Positions 16,005-26,175 of a stretch of 38,222 nt of DNA are shown here, in pieces. How positions within the stretch are numbered: position 1 is the first letter of the stretch; every line of letters begins with the position of its first letter. This stretch comes from a virus. Lineage: Duplodnaviria; Caudoviricetes. Both the position numbers and the translations under genes were made by a program. The stretch is from positions 1 through 38,222 of IMG/VR virus record IMGVR_UViG_3300045999_002339. The stretch is one strand, 5' to 3'. A model generated the notes under the pieces. That model saw only the letters and a program-made list of their open reading frames with translations, was not told the origin of the DNA and did not search any database.

Positions 16005-16289
16005 TTACTTCCCGATCAGTTTGGTGCCGTATTGCAGCAGAGCGAACAGCGTGACGGCTAGGCCCCACACGCCGATGCCACGGTTGACCCACATCTCCAG
16101 GCGCCGGTCCAGCTTCTGCGTTTGGGTCTCATTGGCGGCCACGCGCTGCTCAACGCGCCCGATGCGCTCGCCCTGGTTGGAGAGCCTTTCCTCCACCAGC
16201 ACAAGCCGGGTAACGGCCTCGGTGAGCTTGTCTACCTTGGACTCAAGGCGCTTGAAGTCATCGTCCGTCATAAAAGAGGGCTCCATCAC
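16005..16289 (-). CDS. Coiled-coil protein with C-terminal TM helix, lysis-module associated (start may be 16271)
   Basis: RLESKVDKLTEAVTRLVLVEER coiled coil followed by one hydrophobic helix. Confidence 0.7.
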   Translation of the reverse strand: MMEPSFMTDDDFKRLESKVDKLTEAVTRLVLVEERLSNQGERIGRVEQRVAANETQTQKLDRRLEMWVNRGIGVWGLAVTLFALLQYGTKLIGK

Positions 16290-19200
16290 TGTTCTTCGTC
16301 AGCATTGTACGTGGCAGCACCGCCCGCCGCAACCGCCCCACCCATGCTAAATAGTTGAGTGCGCTTGGCCTTCTTGGGGTCAACGGGTACTTCCCACCAA
16401 GAGTGGCCGTACTGGTCCTTAACCTGCTTACCACCGAGTGACTTGAGGTAGTTGGTCACTTCCTTCTTGTAGCGGTCGTAGATGCCTTGGTGCTCGGGGT
16501 ACTCAAACTTATCCGTGCGTTTGACGAAACGGTCGACTATTTCTGGACTGATGCGGGAAGATCCGCTATACGTCCAAACAGAGGGGCTACGCGCCCAATC
16601 AGAATCACCCATAGGACGCCCACTAACGTCCACGGGCACTCTTTCCATGTACCACGCGCCGTCAGCGTCCATACGCACCATGCCGGTGAGTTCCCAATCG
16701 TTGGAAGTGCCTACGTTAGTGCCAGGGACTCGTAGGCCCTTCAGCGCGGAGTCCTTAGCCGTGCCGGGGACATATTCCATCTTACGCTCCCAGCCCTCCA
16801 CCAGCGCCACGGTGTCAGCGTCCGCAAACCGGACCACTGAGGGGACGGGCTTGTACTGCTCAACCTCAAGCGCCCGCCGTGCAAATTCCTCAGCCTCTTT
16901 CCTGTGCGGGGCGGTAACAGCAGCTATCATTCTATCGTTGCGGTTGAATCCTTGCTCGACGTAGGAGTCCTCTACCTGCTTTACGTACTTGAGCGCAGAC
17001 TTTGCTCGGTTGCGCAGACTTTCGTACTCAGGGTTAAGCTGCGGCGTGGCAGCACGGCTCAACTCTTCGCGGATCAAGCGGCGCTCCCAGTTCTTGAACA
17101 TGGGGCGCTGCGCGGTGGCTGCCGCACCTTCCTCCAACTTAGCACCGTGCTCGCTGGCTAGAAGACTTAGTCTTCTACGGACATCTTTCAGCGACTCCTC
17201 CAGGGCTAAACTGAGACTAACATGCCTTATATTGGGTAGTCCAGCCCCAGGTCTAGTCTGTATCGTTGCAATGTGCCGTAGCAAATCACCTTCATTTTCA
17301 AGAGCCCCGAGGGAACCAATCTCAGCTACTGCATCCGTTGTCAGTTTGCTGGCAATCTCTTCCTCCAGTAGCATTAAAAAGTCCGGATTGGCTTGCAGCA
17401 ACTTCTCTTGGTTTTGCAAGATGTCATTTGCCGCAGAGCTCGCCCATGCAATACTGTCCCTTCCACCAATCCGCCCAAGTATCGGCTCAATAACATTCTC
17501 CTGCGCCACTACGCTGTCAAAGGCGCTCTGCAAGCGTGTGCGATCTTCTTCTGACAGTTCTTTGCCTGCTTTCTGCACAAGGTCTGACTGAATCTCCACC
17601 ACATGGGGGATGCCTACCTCATCCTCAAACGCCCTAATATGGCCGAAGTAGTTGGGATCACGGAAGTGATTGTTCGTTGCCGTAGGTGTGGGGCTGCGGT
17701 GGATAGTGGTACGTGCGTTCTGTGCGTTGGGCTGACTCATACCACCAGTCCAGTCCGCTGGCGTGGCATCTCTACCAATGCTTTGCAGCCCATAGTCGGC
17801 AAAATCATCAGTATCCTTGGGCGTAAGGCGGAAATCTTTGGTTTCCAACCCCACCTCGCGCACGAGGTCCTCAGCAGAGATACTGTCGCCCTCAGTACGG
17901 GCAAGCACGCGCTCCAGCACATCCTTCTCGGCCTTGGTGACCTCGGGGCGGCGCATTTGGTCGCGGATTTCGGACATGGGGATCATGGTCCGCTTACCCG
18001 GTAGGTTCTCCAGCGTGCGGAGGGTGTAGGGCTCGTCCTCCAGTACCTCGCGCAGTGAGCGCTCAGGGGCCATGCTGGCAGCCGGGGCGGCTACCTGCTT
18101 GGGTCCGTACAGCCCACCAGTCAACTCACTAATCGTCTTCAACGCTTCGGGCGGGCGGTCAAGCGCCATCATGCCTTCGCGCATCGGGAATATGTCCCTG
18201 CGCTCCTCGGGCGTGAGGTCCAGGCGGGTTTGCGTCAGGCGGGCGCGGGCCTCGCCCACGTTGCTCATGTACTGCTCGTATCTACCAGCCTCGGTTGGCT
18301 CGGCAATCCTGGCCTTTTGGTACGCTTCTCTAAGCCGAGCCTGTGCTGCGTCCACACGTTGCTTAAGTGGGTCTAGCGGCACATTTCTAATTATCCTAAG
18401 CGTGGCGTCCCGCAGCATTCCGTCTTGCGCAAATGTGCCTTCATTTTCGGGATTGTATTTCCCGGCAGCTCCAAAATTTTCAGCTATTCCGTAATAATTA
18501 GCCCTATCAACTACTTCATCAAGAGCTTGCTCGGGGGTCATGCCCGGAGTTTTATCCATTAGCCGACGAGCTTGAAGAGCTGTGGCATCCGCATCAAAGT
18601 TTATCTTATCACCCTCGAGCCGAAGGTTCCAGCTATCGCCCGCTTCTTTAATCGTATCTGGTGATATGCCGTAGTCTTTACCAGACGCATAGTCAATGGC
18701 GTGCTGCGTCTCGTGCGCAAACAAACTGCGCCCATACTCCTCACCGGGGCGGAGGTACTGTGCCCTCGCACTGATAGCCCCCATGCCGGGGGCGCTAGGG
18801 TCAAAGTGACCGGCTACACGCTTGCCCAAGTCAGCTTGCGTGACGAAGTCAACCTGCATCTCCGCCAGCTCGGGGATGCGCTGGAACAGCTCTGGGTGCT
18901 CAATTACATCGGCGTACTTCAAGCCTTTGATGGGCGCAGTCAAGCTATTGTTGGCGTTCTGTAGTGCGGCCTCTAGCTGCTCGTTTGTGCGCTGCTGCGC
19001 CAGCGTCAGCGCCTTGGGGGATGGGTCCTGCCCCGTCTGTACGCGGACAGTACGTGCTGCGTTGCCCATGCTGCCGCCACGGTCCAAAATATCGCGGACC
19101 TGCATGGCAACTTCAATATCACTGATGCGCTGCACAATCGGCTCCCGTGCGGCCTTGACAGCCTCGAGAGCCTTGAACTTCATCTTGTCGTCGCTAATTT

Positions 19201-19939
19201 CAACGGCCCAGGAGCCATCAAGGTCACGCACCAAGCCGGTCTGCACCAGTACGTCGTCAGGGGAGGTGCCCTTGGCCTCAAGTTCCTGCGCGATGCTGAT
19301 TTTGGCCTTTTCCTGTGGGGTGAAGAATGTCTCTGGCAAAAACGTGCCACGCTGCCCACGCGCCATAGGAGAAGTGACCGCATTTGCAGCCATTGACTCC
19401 CCCAGGGCAACCCCCGCACTCTTCAACACCTTGGCTACGCCAGGGGCAACCTCACGGGCAGCAAACGCTCCAGGTGATGTCTGCGCCACGGCACCAAGGT
19501 ACTCCAGCGCGGCGGTACCGTAGTCTCCCCGCTCAAAGGCACCGGCAGCACGCTCGGTGCTACGGTAGCCCTCTTCCATAAAGTAGGGCAGCGCGGGCAG
19601 CAGGGGTACGTCAATCAACCCAGCGCCGAGTGGCAGGTTGCTTTGCGGACCACCCAACACGGTCTGTGCTATGCGGCGTGCGCCAGCACGCTCTACGCCC
19701 AGCCCTTCTAGTGCTGACTGTGCACGGGCAGCGTCACGCTCCCGCGTGGTGGGGCGGTACTCACGCATCTCGGCCGGTGGGGCTGGACGCGTGGGCTGCG
19801 CACGCACCACACTCGGCGGAGTGGGTGCCATGGGCTGCATGTAGCTTGGACGCCACGGGGCGTCCAGCGGAGAGTCAGGGCGGCGAGGTACCTCGCCTGT
19901 TTCATAGCCTGGATCTAGTTGCTCGTCCATCACGGCCAT
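16286..19939 (-). CDS. Large polyvalent-type protein, probably virion-ejected, with a zincin metallopeptidase motif
   Basis: TG..R..DG.W..EISD, HPELF...PEL, HETQHAID (HExxH), GEARAR; later NHF...HIR...VEIQSD. Confidence 0.7.
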   Translation of the reverse strand: MAVMDEQLDPGYETGEVPRRPDSPLDAPWRPSYMQPMAPTPPSVVRAQPTRPAPPAEMREYRPTTRERDAARAQSALEGLGVERAGARRIAQTVLGGPQSNLPLGAGLIDVPLLPALPYFMEEGYRSTERAAGAFERGDYGTAALEYLGAVAQTSPGAFAAREVAPGVAKVLKSAGVALGESMAANAVTSPMARGQRGTFLPETFFTPQEKAKISIAQELEAKGTSPDDVLVQTGLVRDLDGSWAVEISDDKMKFKALEAVKAAREPIVQRISDIEVAMQVRDILDRGGSMGNAARTVRVQTGQDPSPKALTLAQQRTNEQLEAALQNANNSLTAPIKGLKYADVIEHPELFQRIPELAEMQVDFVTQADLGKRVAGHFDPSAPGMGAISARAQYLRPGEEYGRSLFAHETQHAIDYASGKDYGISPDTIKEAGDSWNLRLEGDKINFDADATALQARRLMDKTPGMTPEQALDEVVDRANYYGIAENFGAAGKYNPENEGTFAQDGMLRDATLRIIRNVPLDPLKQRVDAAQARLREAYQKARIAEPTEAGRYEQYMSNVGEARARLTQTRLDLTPEERRDIFPMREGMMALDRPPEALKTISELTGGLYGPKQVAAPAASMAPERSLREVLEDEPYTLRTLENLPGKRTMIPMSEIRDQMRRPEVTKAEKDVLERVLARTEGDSISAEDLVREVGLETKDFRLTPKDTDDFADYGLQSIGRDATPADWTGGMSQPNAQNARTTIHRSPTPTATNNHFRDPNYFGHIRAFEDEVGIPHVVEIQSDLVQKAGKELSEEDRTRLQSAFDSVVAQENVIEPILGRIGGRDSIAWASSAANDILQNQEKLLQANPDFLMLLEEEIASKLTTDAVAEIGSLGALENEGDLLRHIATIQTRPGAGLPNIRHVSLSLALEESLKDVRRRLSLLASEHGAKLEEGAAATAQRPMFKNWERRLIREELSRAATPQLNPEYESLRNRAKSALKYVKQVEDSYVEQGFNRNDRMIAAVTAPHRKEAEEFARRALEVEQYKPVPSVVRFADADTVALVEGWERKMEYVPGTAKDSALKGLRVPGTNVGTSNDWELTGMVRMDADGAWYMERVPVDVSGRPMGDSDWARSPSVWTYSGSSRISPEIVDRFVKRTDKFEYPEHQGIYDRYKKEVTNYLKSLGGKQVKDQYGHSWWEVPVDPKKAKRTQLFSMGGAVAAGGAATYNADEEQ

Positions 19940-19949
19940 TGCCAGCCCC

Positions 19950-21119
19950 TCAATCGTACTTCAATGCAGTCAAAAATCCCGCGCTTTGCGCAGCACTGAG
20001 CTTGTCCCGCAGGCCAGAGAAGTATTCGTCTTCAATGTCGGGTTCAGCTTCAGCAGAATAGATCTTGTCCAGTGTGGACATGGCACGGCGCATCGCCTGC
20101 TTGGCGGAGGTGCCATACCCATCCACAGCAAGTGGATACTCACCCGCACTGACCCACAAGTCACGCTCTACAATGGCGGTGCCGTCAGCATTCATGTCCG
20201 GCATGCGGCGCAGTTGCACCATCATTGGCTGAGCGTGCACCGCCACCCCACGGGTGATGCCGTACACGGGTGCGCCCGGCTCCTCAGCCTCGATTTTAAC
20301 GTAGTACGCCATGCCCTCAGTGCGGTAAGTGGCAGTGTCCTTGGCAGACAAGGCGTCCAGCGCCCACTGCACGGGGTCATTGGTGGGCTGGGCGGTGCTC
20401 TGTACAGCCCAGCGACACTTGACCTTGAAGACGAAGACCTCTCCATCCGCGCTGATACAGCACTTAGCCATGGCCGTACCACGGAGCCCGCGCTGCATCA
20501 ACAAGTCAGTCAACGTGCCCAATGTGTTGTCAAACAGCGGGGAGTCCTCCACCCAGCGGCTGATGCCGGTGTGGGTGAGGCTTTCCTGCACGGGGCCCAG
20601 CCATCCATCGCGGCCCATGTGGCGCAGCACCGTGGCCTGGAGCCCTTCCACGTAGTCTTGCAAAAGCAAATTGCCTTCCGGTGTGGGCATGCTGCGCACA
20701 TGCGCCAGCATATCAGCAGCAGAGTAAGACTCGTAGCTGTCCACCTCCTCGCCCTTCAGCACGTAGCGGGCAGGCTTGGCGTACAGGTGCTTGATCAGCG
20801 CATCAACGGTTGTGAACTGCTCCGTAGCGGGTGTGAGGGTGGCGTAATCCTCAAACTTCATGGAGCACGGAGTGTTCCACACGGGGTAGCCCCGCTGCAC
20901 TAGTTGACGCAGCTTGGGCTCAAACTTATCACACCCACAGTTGAAGATTAGGTCTGCCCAGCCGGTGTGGGCCACCCAGTTGTCAACTCGCTCAAAGCCA
21001 CGGAAGCCATTGCCCACCTCAGTATCTGGGGCGTACCACTTCACGTTATGACCTGCCTGTGCAGCACGCAGCACAAGGCTCAAAGCCTTGGCGTCTTGGT
21101 CGAGCAGCAGCAGCTTCAT
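19950..21119 (-). CDS. Divergent ATP-grasp (PurD-like) protein
   Basis: MKLLLLD....ALSL.LRA..AGH.VKWY, W...WADLIF, RYVLK, LLQDYVEG; resembles phage PurD-like proteins. Confidence 0.55.
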   Translation of the reverse strand: MKLLLLDQDAKALSLVLRAAQAGHNVKWYAPDTEVGNGFRGFERVDNWVAHTGWADLIFNCGCDKFEPKLRQLVQRGYPVWNTPCSMKFEDYATLTPATEQFTTVDALIKHLYAKPARYVLKGEEVDSYESYSAADMLAHVRSMPTPEGNLLLQDYVEGLQATVLRHMGRDGWLGPVQESLTHTGISRWVEDSPLFDNTLGTLTDLLMQRGLRGTAMAKCCISADGEVFVFKVKCRWAVQSTAQPTNDPVQWALDALSAKDTATYRTEGMAYYVKIEAEEPGAPVYGITRGVAVHAQPMMVQLRRMPDMNADGTAIVERDLWVSAGEYPLAVDGYGTSAKQAMRRAMSTLDKIYSAEAEPDIEDEYFSGLRDKLSAAQSAGFLTALKYD

Positions 21120-22864
21120 TCAGTTTCCTCACCCATGAGGAATGGAGCACGCTCACGGCTGGGCTGGGCTGCTGCTCCCATGGTGACCATGCCCGGTACA
21201 GCGGGCGCAACAGGGGCGCGGGGTACTGTACCCCTAGGCTGCGCCATTAGGCGCTGGTAGCGCTCACCAGCGGCCATGCTGCGCACCGCTGGGCGGGCAG
21301 CGGCACCGGCAGCAAGCCCCGCCGCAATGCCGGGTTGACCACTGAAGATTGCTGCTGGAATACCCGCGCCCATGGCCCAGTCGCTAAGGACCATACCCTC
21401 CGGGGTGGTGAGTCCTTCAGTCCTCCGCATTACGCTGGGCATGGCGGCAGCGGCGTCAGCCACGCGGCGCATGTTGCCGGTGAGTGGCTCGCCCCGCTCC
21501 ATGGCACGGCGCAGCGCCTGCGGGTCAACCTTGCCAGTGGTCAAGTTGGTAACGTCCTCAGCCACGTAAGTCTTAGCGTAGAGTTCCCGCGCACGGCGGA
21601 ACCTATCCAACGCCCCTTGCCTATTAGTCTGGCTAAGGTGAGTCTCCAGCAGATCTTCCATCATGTTAGCCGCCTCCTTAAAGGCGTAGGCGGCGTCAAT
21701 GCTCTCGCTGGGTGCGTCAGTGCGCTTGAGTGTGCGGGTAGCGGTGTCCCGCAGGTTTTTGGTGATGTCAACAACCTGCTCAGGAGTCAAGGTATTTATC
21801 CTGCCCATGGAGCCACGCAACCGCTCCAGCCCACCGCTGCGGTACATGTCTGGCATGGCAGCTTTGATGCTGCGGAAGCGTGCATCCAAGTCCTGCACCT
21901 TGGTAATCCAAGCAGGATCAGTGGCGCGCACGTTGATCACATCTGGGAGAGCACGCAGCTGATCGTACACCGCACCGGCTTGGTTACGCAGGCCGGTGAT
22001 TGCTTGCTCGTCCAGCCGTCCGGTGGGGGACAGGCCGAGGTCCTGCCGCACGAGTTGGCTGGCCCGCTCCTCGTTGTACTGCACCAACCGCTTGACCAGT
22101 GGAGCCTGCTTGGCTACGGACTCAACTGCTACGTTCACCGCCCCACCACGCGACTCCGTGGGCAGAGCACGGAAGCCTGACCGCTGAGCAGCGGCAATAG
22201 CGTCTTGCTCTTGCGTCAACTGGGCAGGGCCCGTGGGGCGTCCAGGCTGAGCACGGAGAGCTTGCCGCCCACCGGCTAACGTCAATCCAATCTCGGGCGT
22301 GACCTTACCGATAGCCTCACCAGCTATGCGTCCCTGCTCGCCACCCACCACTTCTCCAACCGCGCCGCCAACCTTACCAGCAACATTAGCCGCAGCTTGG
22401 AAAGGAGCTGACGCCATGGCCGTGAATGCTTGCCCCGTTTGCGTACGGGGCTGATACGTCATGGCTTGCTGCACGCTCTCCACAGTCTCAGCCCCACGGG
22501 CCAGAGCTTGCTCGGTGGGTTTGCCGGTAGCAATGTCGTACGCGGTGCGGCCAAGGCCAGCCAGCCCCGCTACCGGAGTTGCCACCGCACCAGTGACCAT
22601 GGTGGCCGGTGTTTCCAGCAGAGCACCGGCCAGAGCCTTTGCCGTACCCTTGACAACGTCCATGGGCGCAGGCATGGGTGCAATCTCCGACCGTAGCTGC
22701 CCCGTGGGGGCCGGTGCAGCGTCCCCACTGGCTTGCGCAGCACGGTAGCGTGCCCATTCTTCCCGTGGGGCGTAGATGCTTGGCTGGCGCACGCGGGGGC
22801 GCACGGGCTCCCAGCCCTCGACGCGAGCGTCCGGTACGGTCTCCCAGGTAGCTTCGGTAGCCAT
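21116..22864 (-). CDS. Putative DNA ejection/internal virion protein
   Basis: Ala/Gly-rich helical protein in the ejection gene block; coupled to both neighbours. Confidence 0.65.
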   Translation of the reverse strand: MATEATWETVPDARVEGWEPVRPRVRQPSIYAPREEWARYRAAQASGDAAPAPTGQLRSEIAPMPAPMDVVKGTAKALAGALLETPATMVTGAVATPVAGLAGLGRTAYDIATGKPTEQALARGAETVESVQQAMTYQPRTQTGQAFTAMASAPFQAAANVAGKVGGAVGEVVGGEQGRIAGEAIGKVTPEIGLTLAGGRQALRAQPGRPTGPAQLTQEQDAIAAAQRSGFRALPTESRGGAVNVAVESVAKQAPLVKRLVQYNEERASQLVRQDLGLSPTGRLDEQAITGLRNQAGAVYDQLRALPDVINVRATDPAWITKVQDLDARFRSIKAAMPDMYRSGGLERLRGSMGRINTLTPEQVVDITKNLRDTATRTLKRTDAPSESIDAAYAFKEAANMMEDLLETHLSQTNRQGALDRFRRARELYAKTYVAEDVTNLTTGKVDPQALRRAMERGEPLTGNMRRVADAAAAMPSVMRRTEGLTTPEGMVLSDWAMGAGIPAAIFSGQPGIAAGLAAGAAARPAVRSMAAGERYQRLMAQPRGTVPRAPVAPAVPGMVTMGAAAQPSRERAPFLMGEETE

Positions 22865-24858
22865 CACTGTACCTTTCTGCGCTGTTGCACCATACCATCG
22901 GGGCCAATGCGGTAGTCAAATTTATCAGGCTCGTACGTGCGGTTGGCCTTGCGGAGCGCGTCTCTGATTGCGCGAGTCTGGTCCGCTGCGGGAGCCGCCG
23001 CTGCTGTTGGTTCACCGGGTGGGGGTACGTCCACACCCAAGCGCCGCAACTCCTCACGCGTGGAGCGCGCATCAGCCATTGCACGGCTCCGTGCGGTGGG
23101 GTCAGTGGCTGTGTTCATGCGCTGGAGCGCAGCATCGTACTCTTGACGGAGAATGGTGGTCCGGTCTTGGTCCCTACCCGCTTGCGTGGCCGGAGGCACC
23201 GTGGTGCCCTCACTGCGCCTAGGGGGCGGTGAGATGCTGGTAATCAGTTGCTGCTTGGCCCCTTCCACACCACGCTGGCGGGCCTCAATCATGTCCTTAA
23301 ACGGTTGCTTGAACGCCATCAACTGGCTGAGGTTGGTGTTGGGGTCCAGCATGCGCTCGGCAAGCTGCTTGTACGCTACCGGAGTGCCCGCAGCGCCCGT
23401 GGCACCGCTGGTGACGCGTGCCGCTTCATCAATGAACGCGGTGTACAGCGCATTCATGCCAGAGAAGGTGGGGTCACCAGCAATCTCAGTAGCGGCGCGG
23501 TTCCAGTACCTACGGACAAGCGGAGAGTCAGGTCCACCAATCTTCTTAAGTTCGGCCTCCATCTTGTCAAGAATGCCGAGCAGCTCTTTCTCACCTGCGG
23601 AAAGAATAACGTCCTGCGTGGTGATGCGCTTCAGTGCCTCCTGTCCAGCCCGAGCCATGGACGCTTGCACGCCTGCGGAGGTGGGTGTTTCCCCACGGGA
23701 GGCCATGTCCTGCACAAAGTTGCGTAGGAACAGCACACGGTCCTGCCGTGCGGCTGCGCCAGTGCCGAAGCTAGGTACTGGAATCTGTCGACCATAGACT
23801 CGAGAAAACTCAGCCAGCTTGGCGTTCTCGTCAGGTGTGAGGTCCGGTACATCACCCGGCTTAACCAGAGCGCGGGCAGCGGCCACGCTACCGACACGGA
23901 AAGCATCCGCTGGCAAAGACGGTACCTCAGTACGTGTGCCGTCCTTGTTGACCTGGACGGTCTGCCGCAGAGTGCGGCTGCTTTCGTAAATGTTGCCTTG
24001 TGGATCTGTATACTGTTCCCAATCTCGGCCCGTGGTGGGGGCTGCTGCACCCCGCCCAGTGACCATGGGCTTCAGCTCTGCGGGGTTGCCGGTATACTGA
24101 TTACCCGTGGCGGTGTCAACCAGTCCAACCCCCGGCACGTTAGCAACCACCTTACCGTCAGGGGCAACAAGATTCTCAGTCTTACCCGTAGAAGCCGCCT
24201 TGGCGCGGGCAGCCTCAAGCGCATTCTTTATCTTCGTCGTCTGGTACTTGCTGGCGCTAACCATTCCGGGCAACACCTCAGGCGTAACTACCTGTAGGCT
24301 CTGTACCACCTGTTCATTGAACATGGGGGTGTTGGGCCCCACCATGCGTCCCTGCATAGTGGTGACCAGCTTGGCGCGATTATCGTTAAACTTGGCAAGT
24401 GCACTCTCAGCCCCACCGGCCTCAAGGTCTGCCTCGTACTGGCGCTGCAACGCGTCTAGGAATGGCATTGCGCTCTCAATGCCTGCGCTGTAGGCGGACA
24501 ATTCATCTTCACGCAAGCCTGAGATCTTCTTTTGCAGATCAATATCAGCAGTCTTTAGCTTCTGCGCCTGCTCGCCGAGACGGGTGAAGTACTCGGGGCT
24601 CACGCGGCCCCTAAGCTGCGTCAACGCACGCTCAATGCCCGGAGGGGTGAACAGATCACCACCAGAGCGGATATAGTTCTGTACAGCAGCACGGTCGTTC
24701 TGCGCAGACTGCTGAGTACGCATCTTGGTCTGCGTGTCAGCCATCGTGCCAGCGAGGGAGTACGCCTCTTCAATAGAGCCGGTGAGGTTAGTGGGGGTGA
24801 ACTGTGCCTTCATAGGCACAGTAGCCGCACTCTGCATGACAGAAAAGTCTACAGCCAT
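22864..24858 (-). CDS. Putative DNA ejection/internal virion protein
   Basis: 664 aa helical protein in the ejection gene block. Confidence 0.65.
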   Translation of the reverse strand: MAVDFSVMQSAATVPMKAQFTPTNLTGSIEEAYSLAGTMADTQTKMRTQQSAQNDRAAVQNYIRSGGDLFTPPGIERALTQLRGRVSPEYFTRLGEQAQKLKTADIDLQKKISGLREDELSAYSAGIESAMPFLDALQRQYEADLEAGGAESALAKFNDNRAKLVTTMQGRMVGPNTPMFNEQVVQSLQVVTPEVLPGMVSASKYQTTKIKNALEAARAKAASTGKTENLVAPDGKVVANVPGVGLVDTATGNQYTGNPAELKPMVTGRGAAAPTTGRDWEQYTDPQGNIYESSRTLRQTVQVNKDGTRTEVPSLPADAFRVGSVAAARALVKPGDVPDLTPDENAKLAEFSRVYGRQIPVPSFGTGAAARQDRVLFLRNFVQDMASRGETPTSAGVQASMARAGQEALKRITTQDVILSAGEKELLGILDKMEAELKKIGGPDSPLVRRYWNRAATEIAGDPTFSGMNALYTAFIDEAARVTSGATGAAGTPVAYKQLAERMLDPNTNLSQLMAFKQPFKDMIEARQRGVEGAKQQLITSISPPPRRSEGTTVPPATQAGRDQDRTTILRQEYDAALQRMNTATDPTARSRAMADARSTREELRRLGVDVPPPGEPTAAAAPAADQTRAIRDALRKANRTYEPDKFDYRIGPDGMVQQRRKVQ

Positions 24859-24861
24859 ACC

Positions 24862-25836
24862 TCACCCCACCATGTCGTAGTCAACCATCAAGTACCCGGA
24901 GGGGCCGCGCTGCACGGCTTGCGGCTTGCGCTGTGCGAGCTCCTGTGCCATAACGCCCATGCGTGGTTCGTCATCATTAACCATGCGGTAGGTGTAGATT
25001 GTGTCCCCCTCAAAGGTCTTGCCTACAGGGCGAGCGTCCCGCTTGGCCCGCATATCTGACGTACCCATGCCTAGCGTAGGTACACCGCCGGACAGTATAT
25101 CTGAACTGCCAAAGGTGCCCCCATACCCTGCGGGCGGAGTGTAGCCTCCCATCGCAGGACTAGATAGGTTGACGCCCTGCGTGGACAGTGAGTAATCAAC
25201 ACCACCACCGCCGCCGCCAAAAAGGCCCTGTAGCACGTTCATCTGCCCCAGTTGCTTGCCCAGGTTGGACACAGCACTGCCGTAAATGTTACCCTGCGCT
25301 ACCTGACTGCCCGCCAGCGCACCGCCCGCAGCCAGCGCCGCATTTGAGGATACATCAGCTATCCGGCCCACCTCAGTCTGCCCAACCTGTGCGAGAGATT
25401 GGATAGGCTTCAAATTAGCCTCAAGTTGTGCGAGGTACTGGTTGAACGCTTGGTTCTGGTACTGAGCACCAACCTTCTGCCCGTAATCGGTCAACCCCGC
25501 CAGCGTGTTGGAAGTGAGCAGGCCACCCCTGCTAGCGGCAGATTGTTCAATGGCTTCCCTACCCGTAGCAAGAGCAGTCCGCATAGCGGGTGCGTTCATA
25601 GCATCGGCCATGCTGAACTGTGCTCTAAACTCACCACCGGGGGCGAGCCCCGTCTGCAGGCGCTGTAGGGCGGTCTTGCCAGCCTCAACCCAGGGGGCTC
25701 GCTCAGCGGCCTGTATTTCTGCGGCGCGTAGGGCAGCATCTGCTTGTGTTTGGGCAGCATTCTCCGCCCCACTGGCGGCCATGTCTGCCGCTATGAGACT
25801 ACCGCCAACCGTGAGCACAGCAGCAAAGATGGGCAT
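24862..25836 (-). CDS. DNA ejection (pilot, P22 gp7-like) protein with a C-terminal peptidase S74-like domain
   Basis: Hydrophobic N-terminus, PW.EAG..AL, SAASRGGLL.S.TL; C-terminal SDMRAKRD...GVMAQEL...GYLMVDY. Confidence 0.7.
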   Translation of the reverse strand: MPIFAAVLTVGGSLIAADMAASGAENAAQTQADAALRAAEIQAAERAPWVEAGKTALQRLQTGLAPGGEFRAQFSMADAMNAPAMRTALATGREAIEQSAASRGGLLTSNTLAGLTDYGQKVGAQYQNQAFNQYLAQLEANLKPIQSLAQVGQTEVGRIADVSSNAALAAGGALAGSQVAQGNIYGSAVSNLGKQLGQMNVLQGLFGGGGGGVDYSLSTQGVNLSSPAMGGYTPPAGYGGTFGSSDILSGGVPTLGMGTSDMRAKRDARPVGKTFEGDTIYTYRMVNDDEPRMGVMAQELAQRKPQAVQRGPSGYLMVDYDMVG

Positions 25837-25837
25837 T

Positions 25838-26167
25838 TCAGTTCTCCACGATAAGTTGTGCGTCTACCTTGTCGGGATCAGTTTCATCCGTGTGGTGGAT
25901 GCAGTACCACACGCTGTCCTTAATTGACGAGACAGAGTGGCTGAGCCCCGCTGGAACATTGATTACCGCTGGGGCGTGATACTCGCGCTTTCTTTCCCCA
26001 AGCTGTACCAGCACGTGCCCACTTGCAAGAATAGACATGTGGTCATGTGTGTGACGATGCTGAATAAGCATGCGCCCAGCGGGAATGAAAATCTCCTTGG
26101 CATACACGCCACTGGAGAAATGATGCGTTATCTCGCAACCAAGTTGCTCAGGGCAGTGCAGTTCCAT
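25838..26167 (-). CDS. Cupin-fold protein
   Basis: HHFSSGVYAKE..IPAG....H.H.HDH.SIL..G...AG..H motif. Confidence 0.8.
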   Translation of the reverse strand: MELHCPEQLGCEITHHFSSGVYAKEIFIPAGRMLIQHRHTHDHMSILASGHVLVQLGERKREYHAPAVINVPAGLSHSVSSIKDSVWYCIHHTDETDPDKVDAQLIVEN

Positions 26168-26175
26168 ACCTGTGC

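Noticed and set aside
19950-21119. purD auxiliary metabolic gene
   Set aside because: Too divergent, glycine/PRA-binding motifs not recognisable, and located in a structural gene block
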